In this document: positions 54,678 through 63,729 of the stretch, one piece after another
Layout: every line of letters begins with the position of its first letter
Numbering within the stretch: the first letter of the stretch is position 1
IMG/VR virus record: IMGVR_UViG_3300037189_030782
Origin: a virus
Lineage: Duplodnaviria > Caudoviricetes
Direction: 5' to 3' (one strand)
Length of the DNA: 64,000 nucleotides
The notes under the pieces: model-generated
What the model saw: the letters and a program-made list of their open reading frames with translations, nothing else
The model's database searches: none
Told to the model about the DNA's origin: nothing
Position numbers and translations under genes: made by a program

Positions 54678-55514
54678 ATGGCTATTATAGCTCCAAATGA
54701 CCTGCCCAGTATCATCAAGATTAACTCTGGACCTATGAAAAAATACGTCCTGAGTAAGTTAGGCTATCCAAATGTAACTGTAGAAATAAGTGAAGACCAA
54801 TTTGAAATCATTTGGAAAGTCGTCGGGGATTTCATTTCTGGATATTTCCCGAGAGAGCAAAAATTGGCTGTGTTCTACACACAGCCATTGCAGGCCACAT
54901 ATCCGCTGCCAAATGACGCTTATTGGATTCAAAGCTGTCACTGGAATGCGGTGTCCTCGTTTTTGAATGATATATTCGGAGCTGAAAGTTTTTTGTTTAA
55001 CATAGGTAATATTTCCGGAATCCAGAATATATTAACTGACTATCATCTGTTGCAGTCATATCGTAAATTTTCGCAGAAAGTGCTGGCCACCGAGGGGCAT
55101 TGGGAAGTCCTAAATGAGGGTGGCTCGGCTGGTGTAACTGGTGATCAGATTAACGCTGCCAATCAGCTGATCAGGTTATATCCTACACCTAAAGGTGTTT
55201 TTCCGGTAGTCGTGCTATATATTCCAGTAGTAACACATTTTAGAAGTCCACAGGCTCGAAAGTTAGCTTATGATTACATGGAAGCCGAAGCGAAGATCGC
55301 AGTCGGCAGTGCAAGACGCAAAGTGACCAACATGCCCAGTCCCGAAGGCGGCTCATTAGGTTGGGACGGTGGTGAGTTGGTCGGCGAGGGTATCAAAGCA
55401 AAGGAAGAAATAATAAAAATGGCCATCGAGCTTGGTGAACCGATGCTACCTGCAATGTGGAGTATCATCCCATTGCTCATTAGCGTTTTACACTTGACCA
55501 GTCATTTTGCATGA
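54678..55514 (+). CDS. Neck/head-completion protein (T4 gp13-like)
   Basis: KKYVLSKLGYPNVTVEISEDQ; synteny. Confidence 0.75.
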   Translation: MAIIAPNDLPSIIKINSGPMKKYVLSKLGYPNVTVEISEDQFEIIWKVVGDFISGYFPREQKLAVFYTQPLQATYPLPNDAYWIQSCHWNAVSSFLNDIFGAESFLFNIGNISGIQNILTDYHLLQSYRKFSQKVLATEGHWEVLNEGGSAGVTGDQINAANQLIRLYPTPKGVFPVVVLYIPVVTHFRSPQARKLAYDYMEAEAKIAVGSARRKVTNMPSPEGGSLGWDGGELVGEGIKAKEEIIKMAIELGEPMLPAMWSIIPLLISVLHLTSHFA

Positions 55515-55535
55515 TCTATTAGATCAAGGTAACCA

Positions 55536-56024
55536 ATGGACGAATTTCCTTACCCTTTTGATGTAGATCTAAAATTGGCTGTAATTGGCCAAGATAAGAT
55601 CGTACCTCCCGGATGCGAACCAAGCAGTGGCTTAAGTAGCCTTATGCTTGGTTATAGTATGCGGAAAGATGGTTGCACAGGTGGCCTAGTGCCTTTGAAA
55701 AAAGCGTTGGCGGCCATTCCCGGTAGTTGGGTGCAGTTTGGTGTAAATTATAACACTGGCGTGCGTCAAAAGTGGTTCGTATTGCCACCACGACCGTGGG
55801 GTTGTCCTTGCACGTCGTATCCTGACTGGTATCGGATCTTAAGATCATTGGCGGAAATGAGTGAGCCAGATGCTCCGAAAGATGAGTGTGGTGTGAACAG
55901 TCATGATCTGAGCTGTGGATTTAATTTCGAGCCGAAAGATTCACCACCCAGCACATACTTTCAGGAAGGGTCTGGAAACGCGCCTGGCGTTTTGCCTTTA
56001 ATTCCACCTTGGGCGATAAAGTAA
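55536..56024 (+). CDS. Hypothetical Cys-rich protein
   Basis: 162 aa in the structural operon. Confidence 0.55.
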   Translation: MDEFPYPFDVDLKLAVIGQDKIVPPGCEPSSGLSSLMLGYSMRKDGCTGGLVPLKKALAAIPGSWVQFGVNYNTGVRQKWFVLPPRPWGCPCTSYPDWYRILRSLAEMSEPDAPKDECGVNSHDLSCGFNFEPKDSPPSTYFQEGSGNAPGVLPLIPPWAIK

Positions 56025-56641
56025 TGGCTATTTACGATTTCACAGTGGCCGATTACTTATTGGAAGGTCCAGACGCTGGATCTCAGCAGGTCAGTACAGA
56101 TTCTAAATTAGCTATCTTCAATGCTGAAAGCCCAGAACATTCTCTTGCAAGGAAGTTGGCCGAAGAAGCTATAAACATTTCAGGCGCTCCGATTATTGTT
56201 TATACTCGCACTGAGAATGGTGATTATGATGCGGTTTGGGACGAAGACCCTGACCCCACCTACTGGGCTCCTTTTGATCTGAAAGCATTTTTTAAGCCAA
56301 AGCCCATAGAGCTTGAATTAAAGAAGTGGGGCTTAGAATCAGAAAATAAGATTGAAGTGGTGTTTAGCCATAAGATGCTGTTAGAAAAAATCGGCACACG
56401 ATTATTGCGCGCTGGCGATGTGTTGGTTATCCCTTATAACAGCATCTTAGATAATGTAAGTCCGCATAATTATAGGATTACCAATACTACACCGTCCGGG
56501 TATTACCGTTATGAGTGGCTATATCTCACATGCATGGCAACGGTGATCAGTCAAGATATTACTGTGGCGCCTGATATCAAGGATGACCAAACACAATTGC
56601 AGACTGGGGATGATGCTGGTTTCTTCTTGGAGAGCTTATGA
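56024..56641 (+). CDS. Head-closure/neck protein (T4 gp14-like)
   Basis: LAEEAINISG..I.VY.R, KKWGL, RAGDVL; synteny. Confidence 0.7.
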   Translation: MAIYDFTVADYLLEGPDAGSQQVSTDSKLAIFNAESPEHSLARKLAEEAINISGAPIIVYTRTENGDYDAVWDEDPDPTYWAPFDLKAFFKPKPIELELKKWGLESENKIEVVFSHKMLLEKIGTRLLRAGDVLVIPYNSILDNVSPHNYRITNTTPSGYYRYEWLYLTCMATVISQDITVAPDIKDDQTQLQTGDDAGFFLESL

Positions 56642-56889
56642 AATTCGACACTGATAAGTTTACGACTGAAGCAGTGTTGCAGGCGTACAGATATGTTAGT
56701 GCTAACGTCGATGAATTGAAGCTTGAATTAGTATCTAAGAACTTCGTAGTAGATGAAAATGCTGCTGACTTGCGCGCCATGCCGATTACCATTGATCTGA
56801 ATATCTCTAAGCCACTTGCGGCACCAGAGGATAAAGCTACTGTAGAGCAGGCGTTGATCAAATTCAAGGTTAAAATCCAGGGGGCATGA
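56638..56889 (+). CDS. Hypothetical protein
   Basis: 83 aa, ATGA overlap. Confidence 0.55.
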   Translation: MKFDTDKFTTEAVLQAYRYVSANVDELKLELVSKNFVVDENAADLRAMPITIDLNISKPLAAPEDKATVEQALIKFKVKIQGA

Positions 56890-56890
56890 C

Positions 56891-57697
56891 ATGATTCACG
56901 ACTTTGACATGGATATCGGCATGTCGGGCGTCGGATTGGATGGCTTGCCATCGAGGCCCGGCGCTAGGCAGTTGGCGGATATCCAAGGAGGCCGTAAGCG
57001 GCCAGGATTTCAGAACAGCCAGACCAAACCTGAATATCTAAATGAGTTCCTAGTGCCTGGCCTAAGGTCACTAGATGAAGCGATAAAAAACTACTTTTCT
57101 GGCGTCAGAGTGCCGACTAAAGACTCCTATAGATTGCTGCGGACAAAGATAGCTGGCGGTGACAAGTCTCTATTGATTTGGAATGATGAGCTTAAGGAAG
57201 GACGTGTTAAGCTGCCTGTGGCGAGCATTAATCGTACTTCACATGAGTTAAATCGTAATAAATTTAGTCCGCCTTATTTGCCAATAACCGGCCGCTATCT
57301 GAGTAGTCGAAGAGACCTGATGGCCTTGTCGTATCGTCCCATGCCGTTGTACATCGATTATGAAATGGTGGTATGGAGTGAGCATAAAAGAGATAGCGAA
57401 TATATCGCATATCAAGTGATGACTAAATTCATGCCTGTAGTACAATTTAATATCACTATTGCTAATATCAATGCACCGATTATAATGGAATTCAACGGCA
57501 TGACGGATGCCTCCGACAAAGAAGTATCATCCGACACGCAGCAAAAATTCCGTTATGAATATAAATTCAAAGTGGAAGGTTGGTTGCCACTGCCAGAGAA
57601 GGTGCAAAAGACAGTGTTAGGTCGTGTGTCCACGATAGAATTATCTACGGAAATCGATTTTAGCACTGAAGCGTCGTCTTACGGTGTTTTTGCATAA
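56891..57697 (+). CDS. Tail terminator/sheath stabiliser (T4 gp15-like)
   Basis: KLPVASI, PMPLYIDYEMVVW, FKVEGWL; lies before the sheath gene. Confidence 0.7.
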   Translation: MIHDFDMDIGMSGVGLDGLPSRPGARQLADIQGGRKRPGFQNSQTKPEYLNEFLVPGLRSLDEAIKNYFSGVRVPTKDSYRLLRTKIAGGDKSLLIWNDELKEGRVKLPVASINRTSHELNRNKFSPPYLPITGRYLSSRRDLMALSYRPMPLYIDYEMVVWSEHKRDSEYIAYQVMTKFMPVVQFNITIANINAPIIMEFNGMTDASDKEVSSDTQQKFRYEYKFKVEGWLPLPEKVQKTVLGRVSTIELSTEIDFSTEASSYGVFA

Positions 57698-57722
57698 ATA
57701 AACTATTTACCGGAGGTTGATT

Positions 57723-57944
57723 ATGGCTAGTGTAGATCGTCGTAACGTAGAGACTGTTCGTGTGCATAATGTTAGCAAGATGGTTTTATCACTGCAAGTT
57801 AAACAGCCTGGAACTAATTTCTACACTCATGAGCAGCAGATTAGGTTAGCCCCTGGCGAGCACCATTTGGTGCCCAAAGCTTATCTTCTTAGCGAGCAAA
57901 TTGCTAACTTAAAAGCCAAGGGTATGCTGGTCGTTATCGGTTAA
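57723..57944 (+). CDS. Small hypothetical virion-associated protein
   Basis: GGAGG SD; HNVS...IRLAPGE...LKAKGML. Confidence 0.6.
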   Translation: MASVDRRNVETVRVHNVSKMVLSLQVKQPGTNFYTHEQQIRLAPGEHHLVPKAYLLSEQIANLKAKGMLVVIG

Positions 57945-58001
57945 TCACATTTTGGGCATTGACAGGGCAAAGATAATCCAGAGTATAATTTGGAGAATCA
58001 A

Positions 58002-60845
58002 ATGGCCGTGTACCTTAGCCCTGGTGTATTTACAAAAGAAGTCGACCTAAGTGCGCTGCCTGAAGGCAATGGTGGTGTGATCCCAGCGTTCGTCGGTGCA
58101 TGCAGCAGGGGACCTATTGGAGTCCCGACTTTAGTAACTAGCGCAGCACAAGCGATTGACACGTTCGGCGATCCGATCAGCTACTTGATGCAATCCGTAC
58201 TAGCCTTCTTCGAGCAAGGCACTTCCTGTTACATCCAGCGCGTAGCAGTTGAATACAGTGATATTCTCCCAGATCCAGTGAAGCAGATAGCTGTTGATTC
58301 AACTACCAAGACTAACGGGTGGGGCAGGATTCCACTATTCCAGGGTCCAGATGTTGCTCGTTTACCGTTTAAATTGATTGATTCAAGCAATCCAGTAACG
58401 TTTTCTGCTGCAGTCGTCTCGACCCCAACATTTTACCAATATCACGTAGCCACTTACGGCACCACCACTGCTGCAATGACGGTTACTGGCACATACACTT
58501 ACACTGCTCAACGTACTTTTTCGGTTAAAATAGTTGGCGCTCCAAGCGAACCAACTGCTGGCGCCAGAATCGGCGGAGCGCTCTACGAAGTGTACGATGG
58601 AGTGCAGTCTTCTCCTGTACTGTCTGGTGCATTTTCAACTAATAATCACGGTAATGGCCCTTCGGCGGCGATAGCTTTAACCTACACCACTGAGGCTGGT
58701 GAAGATGTTGTTACAGGCTTATCGTTCACAGTAACTGTGTCGAGTGGTGAACTCCATGAGGATGACCTGTTCGTCTTCACCGCTGCGCCTGATAATCGCA
58801 AATTCTACGTGGCTGTCGAGCACGTGACTGGCGCCATGATCACTGTTCCAGCCGGTACGTACACTTCAGCTAGCGCATTAGCGACTGCGATTAACAATCT
58901 ATTGGGCGCTGAAGATTACATCTGCACTACCAGTGACACAACGCCAGCTGTGGCGGTCCTTCAAAGTGTTGATTCAGGTGCTTTGATCCAATTGGTTGAC
59001 AGCATTGCTTTCGGCAACACTGTTGGTGTTCCTAACTTTACACTCGACCAGGTGCGTGGCCATTTCACAGCTACGAATGCTGGCCCTTACATCATAGGGG
59101 CAGCCAATAACAACGTAAGACTTGATGTGATTTCAAGCACCGTTAAGTCATTTAACTTTACGTTGCCTTCTGGCACTTACACTGCAGCCGATCTGGCATC
59201 GCAATTGAATAACCATGCAACAATCGACGGCGTGAGCTATTTCAACGCTATTGCAGTCGAATTGCCTGGTAGTGATGTCAATGGTGACACTTACGTGCTA
59301 ATCAGCACGACCACTAACAATAACACCGCCACGATCAAGCTTTACGCAGATTACACTTTCCTTTCTACATTGCAGTTCGCTGCAGAATTAGGCATCAACA
59401 GTCCATTTGTTAGAAGCTATCGTGGATTCAATGATACACGGACAGTTCTACCAACGCCAAGCTTGCTTGATCCAAGCATTCCTAATAGCTGTGCAACTGA
59501 TCCAACTGGCGATCAATGTGCAAAAGATACTAACTACTATTCTGAGATAGTCGGATTCTTTATAGCGCCATCCGCTGGCACTTGGTCGTCGGGTTACAAG
59601 ATTAATCTGACCAGTAATTCGACTAGCCCAGGGTCGCCGGTAGGCAGATACTCATTGCAGATCAGCCAAAGCAGCGGGCAAGTCGTAGAGTCTTATGATG
59701 AAGTCTACTTTGATCCTACTGCTGACCGCTACATTGCTAATGTGATCAATCCAGGAAGCAAGTACGGCGGGGTTACTGGCAGTACTTACATCAACTGGGA
59801 AGCTCGGCCTTCGACGGTCGGACCAGGCGAAACTAGGTTACCATCGCCCAAGTACAATGCTGCGTTTAAGGGTGGCCAGAATGGCATTCCTACTGGTGCC
59901 TATTCTAACTACTTGGATGCTGCGATTGTGGGCAATCCAGCTTTAGCATCTGGCCTTTACGCTTTCCAGAATCCGGAATCGATTGATATTAGTGTGTTGG
60001 CTGTGCCAGGGATCACATCTGGTGCAGTAATCGGCACAGCAATTGCAGTTTGCGAAAGCCGTGGCGATGTGCTAATGTTAGTTGATCCCCCATTCGGGTT
60101 ACGTCCGCAGCAAGTTGTGGATTGGAGCAATGGCGTTCTGCCAGATGGTTCGACCAGCAATGCTTTAAACACTTCGTACGGCGCGCTTTACTGGAGCTGG
60201 ATTAAGCGATTTAATCAATTCACCAGTGAATACGAATGGGTGCCGCCGAGTGGTTACGTTGCAGCGGTGATCGCTAGGACTGCCAGGGATTACGAACCAT
60301 GGTATGCTCCTGCTGGAATAACTCGTGGCAGGTTAAATTCTGCTCTGGCGGTCGAGTACAGTCCTACCGAGGGCGAACGTGATTTGCTTTACGGCAACGG
60401 AAACGTTGTAAACCCGATCGTCGACTTCCCTCAAGACGGTATTATCGTTTTCGGTCAACGTACCTTACAACGTGTGCCTACTGCTCTTGATAGGGTTAGT
60501 GTGAGACTGTTGATGACGTTCCTGAAGAAACTGCTGACACGCACTTTACGTCAGTTCATCTTCGAACCTAACGACACTATTCTGCGTGCGCAGGTCACAA
60601 ATGTACTTGATCCTTTGCTCGGTGATGTGCTGAATCGCAGGGGAGTGACAGCTTACAAGATTGTTTGTAACAACACTAATAACACCCCTGAAAGAATCGA
60701 TCGTCAAGAGTTATGGGTGTCGATCTTTGTTAAACCTACCAAGGCTGTCGAGTTCATCGCTCTGAATTTGGTCGTTCTTCGCACAGGTGCGTCATTTACC
60801 GCCGAGGAAATCTTGGCGGCTGGTGGCGTAGTTTCCACTAACTAA
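58002..60845 (+). CDS. Contractile tail sheath protein (gp18-like) with a large inserted domain
   Basis: YLSPGVFTKEVDLS; WVPPSGYVAA, PWYAPAG..RG.L, RDLLY....NPI, GQRT, RVSVRLL, FEPND. Confidence 0.95.
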   Translation: MAVYLSPGVFTKEVDLSALPEGNGGVIPAFVGACSRGPIGVPTLVTSAAQAIDTFGDPISYLMQSVLAFFEQGTSCYIQRVAVEYSDILPDPVKQIAVDSTTKTNGWGRIPLFQGPDVARLPFKLIDSSNPVTFSAAVVSTPTFYQYHVATYGTTTAAMTVTGTYTYTAQRTFSVKIVGAPSEPTAGARIGGALYEVYDGVQSSPVLSGAFSTNNHGNGPSAAIALTYTTEAGEDVVTGLSFTVTVSSGELHEDDLFVFTAAPDNRKFYVAVEHVTGAMITVPAGTYTSASALATAINNLLGAEDYICTTSDTTPAVAVLQSVDSGALIQLVDSIAFGNTVGVPNFTLDQVRGHFTATNAGPYIIGAANNNVRLDVISSTVKSFNFTLPSGTYTAADLASQLNNHATIDGVSYFNAIAVELPGSDVNGDTYVLISTTTNNNTATIKLYADYTFLSTLQFAAELGINSPFVRSYRGFNDTRTVLPTPSLLDPSIPNSCATDPTGDQCAKDTNYYSEIVGFFIAPSAGTWSSGYKINLTSNSTSPGSPVGRYSLQISQSSGQVVESYDEVYFDPTADRYIANVINPGSKYGGVTGSTYINWEARPSTVGPGETRLPSPKYNAAFKGGQNGIPTGAYSNYLDAAIVGNPALASGLYAFQNPESIDISVLAVPGITSGAVIGTAIAVCESRGDVLMLVDPPFGLRPQQVVDWSNGVLPDGSTSNALNTSYGALYWSWIKRFNQFTSEYEWVPPSGYVAAVIARTARDYEPWYAPAGITRGRLNSALAVEYSPTEGERDLLYGNGNVVNPIVDFPQDGIIVFGQRTLQRVPTALDRVSVRLLMTFLKKLLTRTLRQFIFEPNDTILRAQVTNVLDPLLGDVLNRRGVTAYKIVCNNTNNTPERIDRQELWVSIFVKPTKAVEFIALNLVVLRTGASFTAEEILAAGGVVSTN

Positions 60846-60860
60846 CAAAGGAGTCTAGTA

Positions 60861-61385
60861 ATGCCAGGATTTAACGTAGCTGGATTAGGTGGCGGTGGGC
60901 CCAACAATCTCGGTGAGATGAAACGGGTCTACCGTTGGCAGATGTCTTTCTTGGGTCGCGGTGCTGGTAATTTTCCGACCAACTGCCTGTTACTACTTAA
61001 GAAGGCCACTCGTCCTTCGTGGAACTCCGAAGCTGTGACGATGCATCATCAGCAGGAAGAGATCTACTATGCTGGTAAGCAAAAATGGGATGCTGTCGGC
61101 ATTGAGTGGTACGATTCTGAACAATCTCCTAACGTAAGCCAGGAAGTGTGGACCTGGTGTACGTCAATTGTAAATATGTCGACGATCGCTGTATCTTCGC
61201 CAGCTGACCACAAGAAGAATTCCACCTTAGAAATGTTAAATGGAATTGGTTCGCCAACGGAAAGATGGACGATGTACGGATGCTGGCCGAAGAAAATAGC
61301 ATTCAACGACGTTAATTATGAAACGAACCAGATTATTTCGGTAAATGCCGAAATGTCTTACGATAGGGCTAACCGAGTGCTCTAA
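60861..61385 (+). CDS. Tail tube protein (gp19-like) 1
   Basis: YRWQMSF, IYYAGKQKW, W.MYGCWP, MSYDR. Confidence 0.8.
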   Translation: MPGFNVAGLGGGGPNNLGEMKRVYRWQMSFLGRGAGNFPTNCLLLLKKATRPSWNSEAVTMHHQQEEIYYAGKQKWDAVGIEWYDSEQSPNVSQEVWTWCTSIVNMSTIAVSSPADHKKNSTLEMLNGIGSPTERWTMYGCWPKKIAFNDVNYETNQIISVNAEMSYDRANRVL

Positions 61386-61948
61386 TGCCAGGTTTTCAGA
61401 TTCCTGAAGAAGGTGCAGTAGGGCCACCAGCCGATGGTGGCCCTGCTAATACCGCTGAGATGATGAGGAAATACAGGTGGACTTTACGAATATCTGTTCC
61501 TGGTTTTATACCTTTTGTAAATAATTTTGTAGATCTTAGCGTTGCGTCTTGTGATCGGCCTAAGGTCGAATTTAAGGAAATGGAAATACATAATGGGGCC
61601 GATGTAATTTACAGGCCTGGCAAAGTGACTTATAAACCAATCAGCATTAAGTATTATGAGGCTGCCACGACAGCCGGTAACGTAAACGCCACAGCCTTTA
61701 GATTTTCGACGTGGTGGTCACAATTCGTTTTCCAGCAAGCAGACTCTAGATATGGAAAACGTGAAGCCTATGCTGCTAAGTGCGATATTAAGATGTCAGA
61801 CGGTAGTGGAAATACCATGTGGCATTACACATTGTACAATTGCTGGCCGTCAACTTTAGATCCCGATGGGTTGGACTACAGCTCTAATGAAATTTCTACA
61901 TACTCATTGACTTTACGGTACGATAGATTTGTGGAGAAATTTGAATAA
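61385..61948 (+). CDS. Tail tube-like protein 2
   Basis: YRWTL, YRPGKVTY, YTLYNCWP..L...LDY, LRYDR. Confidence 0.75.
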   Translation: MPGFQIPEEGAVGPPADGGPANTAEMMRKYRWTLRISVPGFIPFVNNFVDLSVASCDRPKVEFKEMEIHNGADVIYRPGKVTYKPISIKYYEAATTAGNVNATAFRFSTWWSQFVFQQADSRYGKREAYAAKCDIKMSDGSGNTMWHYTLYNCWPSTLDPDGLDYSSNEISTYSLTLRYDRFVEKFE

Positions 61949-61957
61949 GAGGTGCAT

Positions 61958-62488
61958 ATGCCTGGTTTCCGAATTGAAGGCATAGGTGGCAATAGCAGAT
62001 TTGCGGATTCTAATGCCAGTTATTACACTAAGTTCTATTGGGAAATACAACAATTACTCGGCTTAGCTTTCGCTCCTGGGTCGGTATTGGTATCATTAAA
62101 GTCATGTAGTTTACCGACGTTTAAAGTTGATGTGGAAACGATAGTCGGCGCTTCTCATAAGTATAAGCATGCTAAAAGCATAGATTGGGAAAATATCAAA
62201 GTGACTTGGTATGATACAGTGGGGTTACTGCCGATAATGAAGCAATGGCGAGAATCTGTGTGGTCGTTCAGTGGCGGTTTGAAAACTCCTGATACTTATA
62301 AGAAGAACAGCAGCATCTTGGTCAAAACTCCCGATGAGGTAGGATCGCAAAAATGGAATCTATACCAAAGCTGGCCAGCATCAATCACCCATGGCGATTT
62401 AAGCTACACTGAGTCAGAGGTGAAGTTGATCGATGTAGATATTGTGTATGATTGGGCTGAAGAGTCATCCGAAGCAACTGAAACGTAG
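61958..62488 (+). CDS. Tail tube-like protein 3
   Basis: SCSLP, W.NI..TWYD, WNLYQSWP..I..GDL.Y, IVYD. Confidence 0.72.
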   Translation: MPGFRIEGIGGNSRFADSNASYYTKFYWEIQQLLGLAFAPGSVLVSLKSCSLPTFKVDVETIVGASHKYKHAKSIDWENIKVTWYDTVGLLPIMKQWRESVWSFSGGLKTPDTYKKNSSILVKTPDEVGSQKWNLYQSWPASITHGDLSYTESEVKLIDVDIVYDWAEESSEATET

Positions 62489-62495
62489 GAACCAC

Positions 62496-63464
62496 ATGTC
62501 AGAAGAAAATCTATTGGATTCGACACGAATGCCATCGCATCAGTCGGATGCGACGATGAACGATGGCGTAGTGTATGGACAATTGGAAGACATATCTGGG
62601 CCCAATTCGTCAAATGAAGAATTTGTAAAAAGTCTATTGGCGACTCCTAAAGAGAAGCTAATCCCTTGGGAAGACTGCTCGTTACCGAGTAAAGGTCTGT
62701 ATTATGGATGGGGTCATGGGATCATCCAAGTACGGGCCATGAGCCAGACTGCAGAAAAGGTGCTGGCTACGCAACGGTTAGCCCAATCAGGCCAAAGCAT
62801 CGATTATCTTTTTAGGGAATGCTGTAAGTTCCCAGATGGTTTTGATCCTTCGATGCTGTTAGTGGGTGACAGGATCTTTTTGCTGTACTACTTACGTGGT
62901 ATCACACATGGTAATCTGTACGAGTTCCAACTGACATGCCCTAATACGGCATGCAGTAGCATTAGTACTCACACATACGATTTAAATGAGTTAGCTGGGA
63001 CTGTGACCTACGCTAACGATGAATTGGGATCTGAACCATTTAAAGTCATCTTGCCATATTTGACAAAGGCGACTGGCCGAGAGGTCTATGTTAATTTGAG
63101 GTTTATCAGATCAGTAGACACTACCGGAATGTTAGCTAAGAGAAAGATCGCTAAAAATTCAGCGGCACATTCATCAAAACAGCCAAGATTCAAATCCACC
63201 ATCACATCTGACGACTTAGATAACACGTTGAATGAGAATCTTGAGAAGGTGATTGTTGACATCATGGGGGTGTCAGACGAATATGCCATCAAGCAGTTCG
63301 TCGATAAACTGCACGCTCAGGATACTTCTGCGATTAGGGAATGGTTAAAGGACAACACTCCGGGGATTGATACTACGATTAAGGTGGCTTGCCCTGATTG
63401 CGAAAACGAGTATTCGGCACAGTTGCCAATAAGTGAAGGCTTCTTTCGCCCAGCAAAGCGCTGA
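62496..63464 (+). CDS. Baseplate hub/tail-assembly protein (T4 gp26-like)
   Basis: LPSKGLYY, CPNTAC, CPDC, ends FFRP. Confidence 0.7.
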   Translation: MSEENLLDSTRMPSHQSDATMNDGVVYGQLEDISGPNSSNEEFVKSLLATPKEKLIPWEDCSLPSKGLYYGWGHGIIQVRAMSQTAEKVLATQRLAQSGQSIDYLFRECCKFPDGFDPSMLLVGDRIFLLYYLRGITHGNLYEFQLTCPNTACSSISTHTYDLNELAGTVTYANDELGSEPFKVILPYLTKATGREVYVNLRFIRSVDTTGMLAKRKIAKNSAAHSSKQPRFKSTITSDDLDNTLNENLEKVIVDIMGVSDEYAIKQFVDKLHAQDTSAIREWLKDNTPGIDTTIKVACPDCENEYSAQLPISEGFFRPAKR

Positions 63465-63702
63465 TAGTTTAGAAAAACAGTACGATTCATTGCTTGAGCA
63501 GCAATTTTTGCTCAAGCAACATGGCGGTCTTACGTTATTTGAACAAGATAACATGACTGCGGAAGATCGTAAATGGTGGATCAAAAGACTAGAAAAAGAG
63601 AATCGAGATCGCGAAGAGCGTGAAAAGGGCTATTCGTCGTCAATGCCTTCTATGCCTTCCATGCCTTCCGTGCCTTCTATGCCTTCTATGCCTAGGCGAT
63701 AG
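63433..63702 (+). CDS. gp51-like small baseplate/chaperone segment, probably reached by a +1 frameshift
   Basis: LLKQHGGLTLFEQDNMTAEDRKWWIKRL; no SD at GTG 63433; TTC TTT CGC C at 63441-63450. Confidence 0.6.
   Translation: MKASFAQQSADSLEKQYDSLLEQQFLLKQHGGLTLFEQDNMTAEDRKWWIKRLEKENRDREEREKGYSSSMPSMPSMPSVPSMPSMPRR
63643..63693 (+). repeat. 9-bp tandem repeat (ATGCCTTCY x about 5.7) encoding MPS repeats
   Basis: Read directly from the sequence. Confidence 0.9.
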
Positions 63703-63729
63703 GTAAAAATACCATAAAGGGGTTTACCT

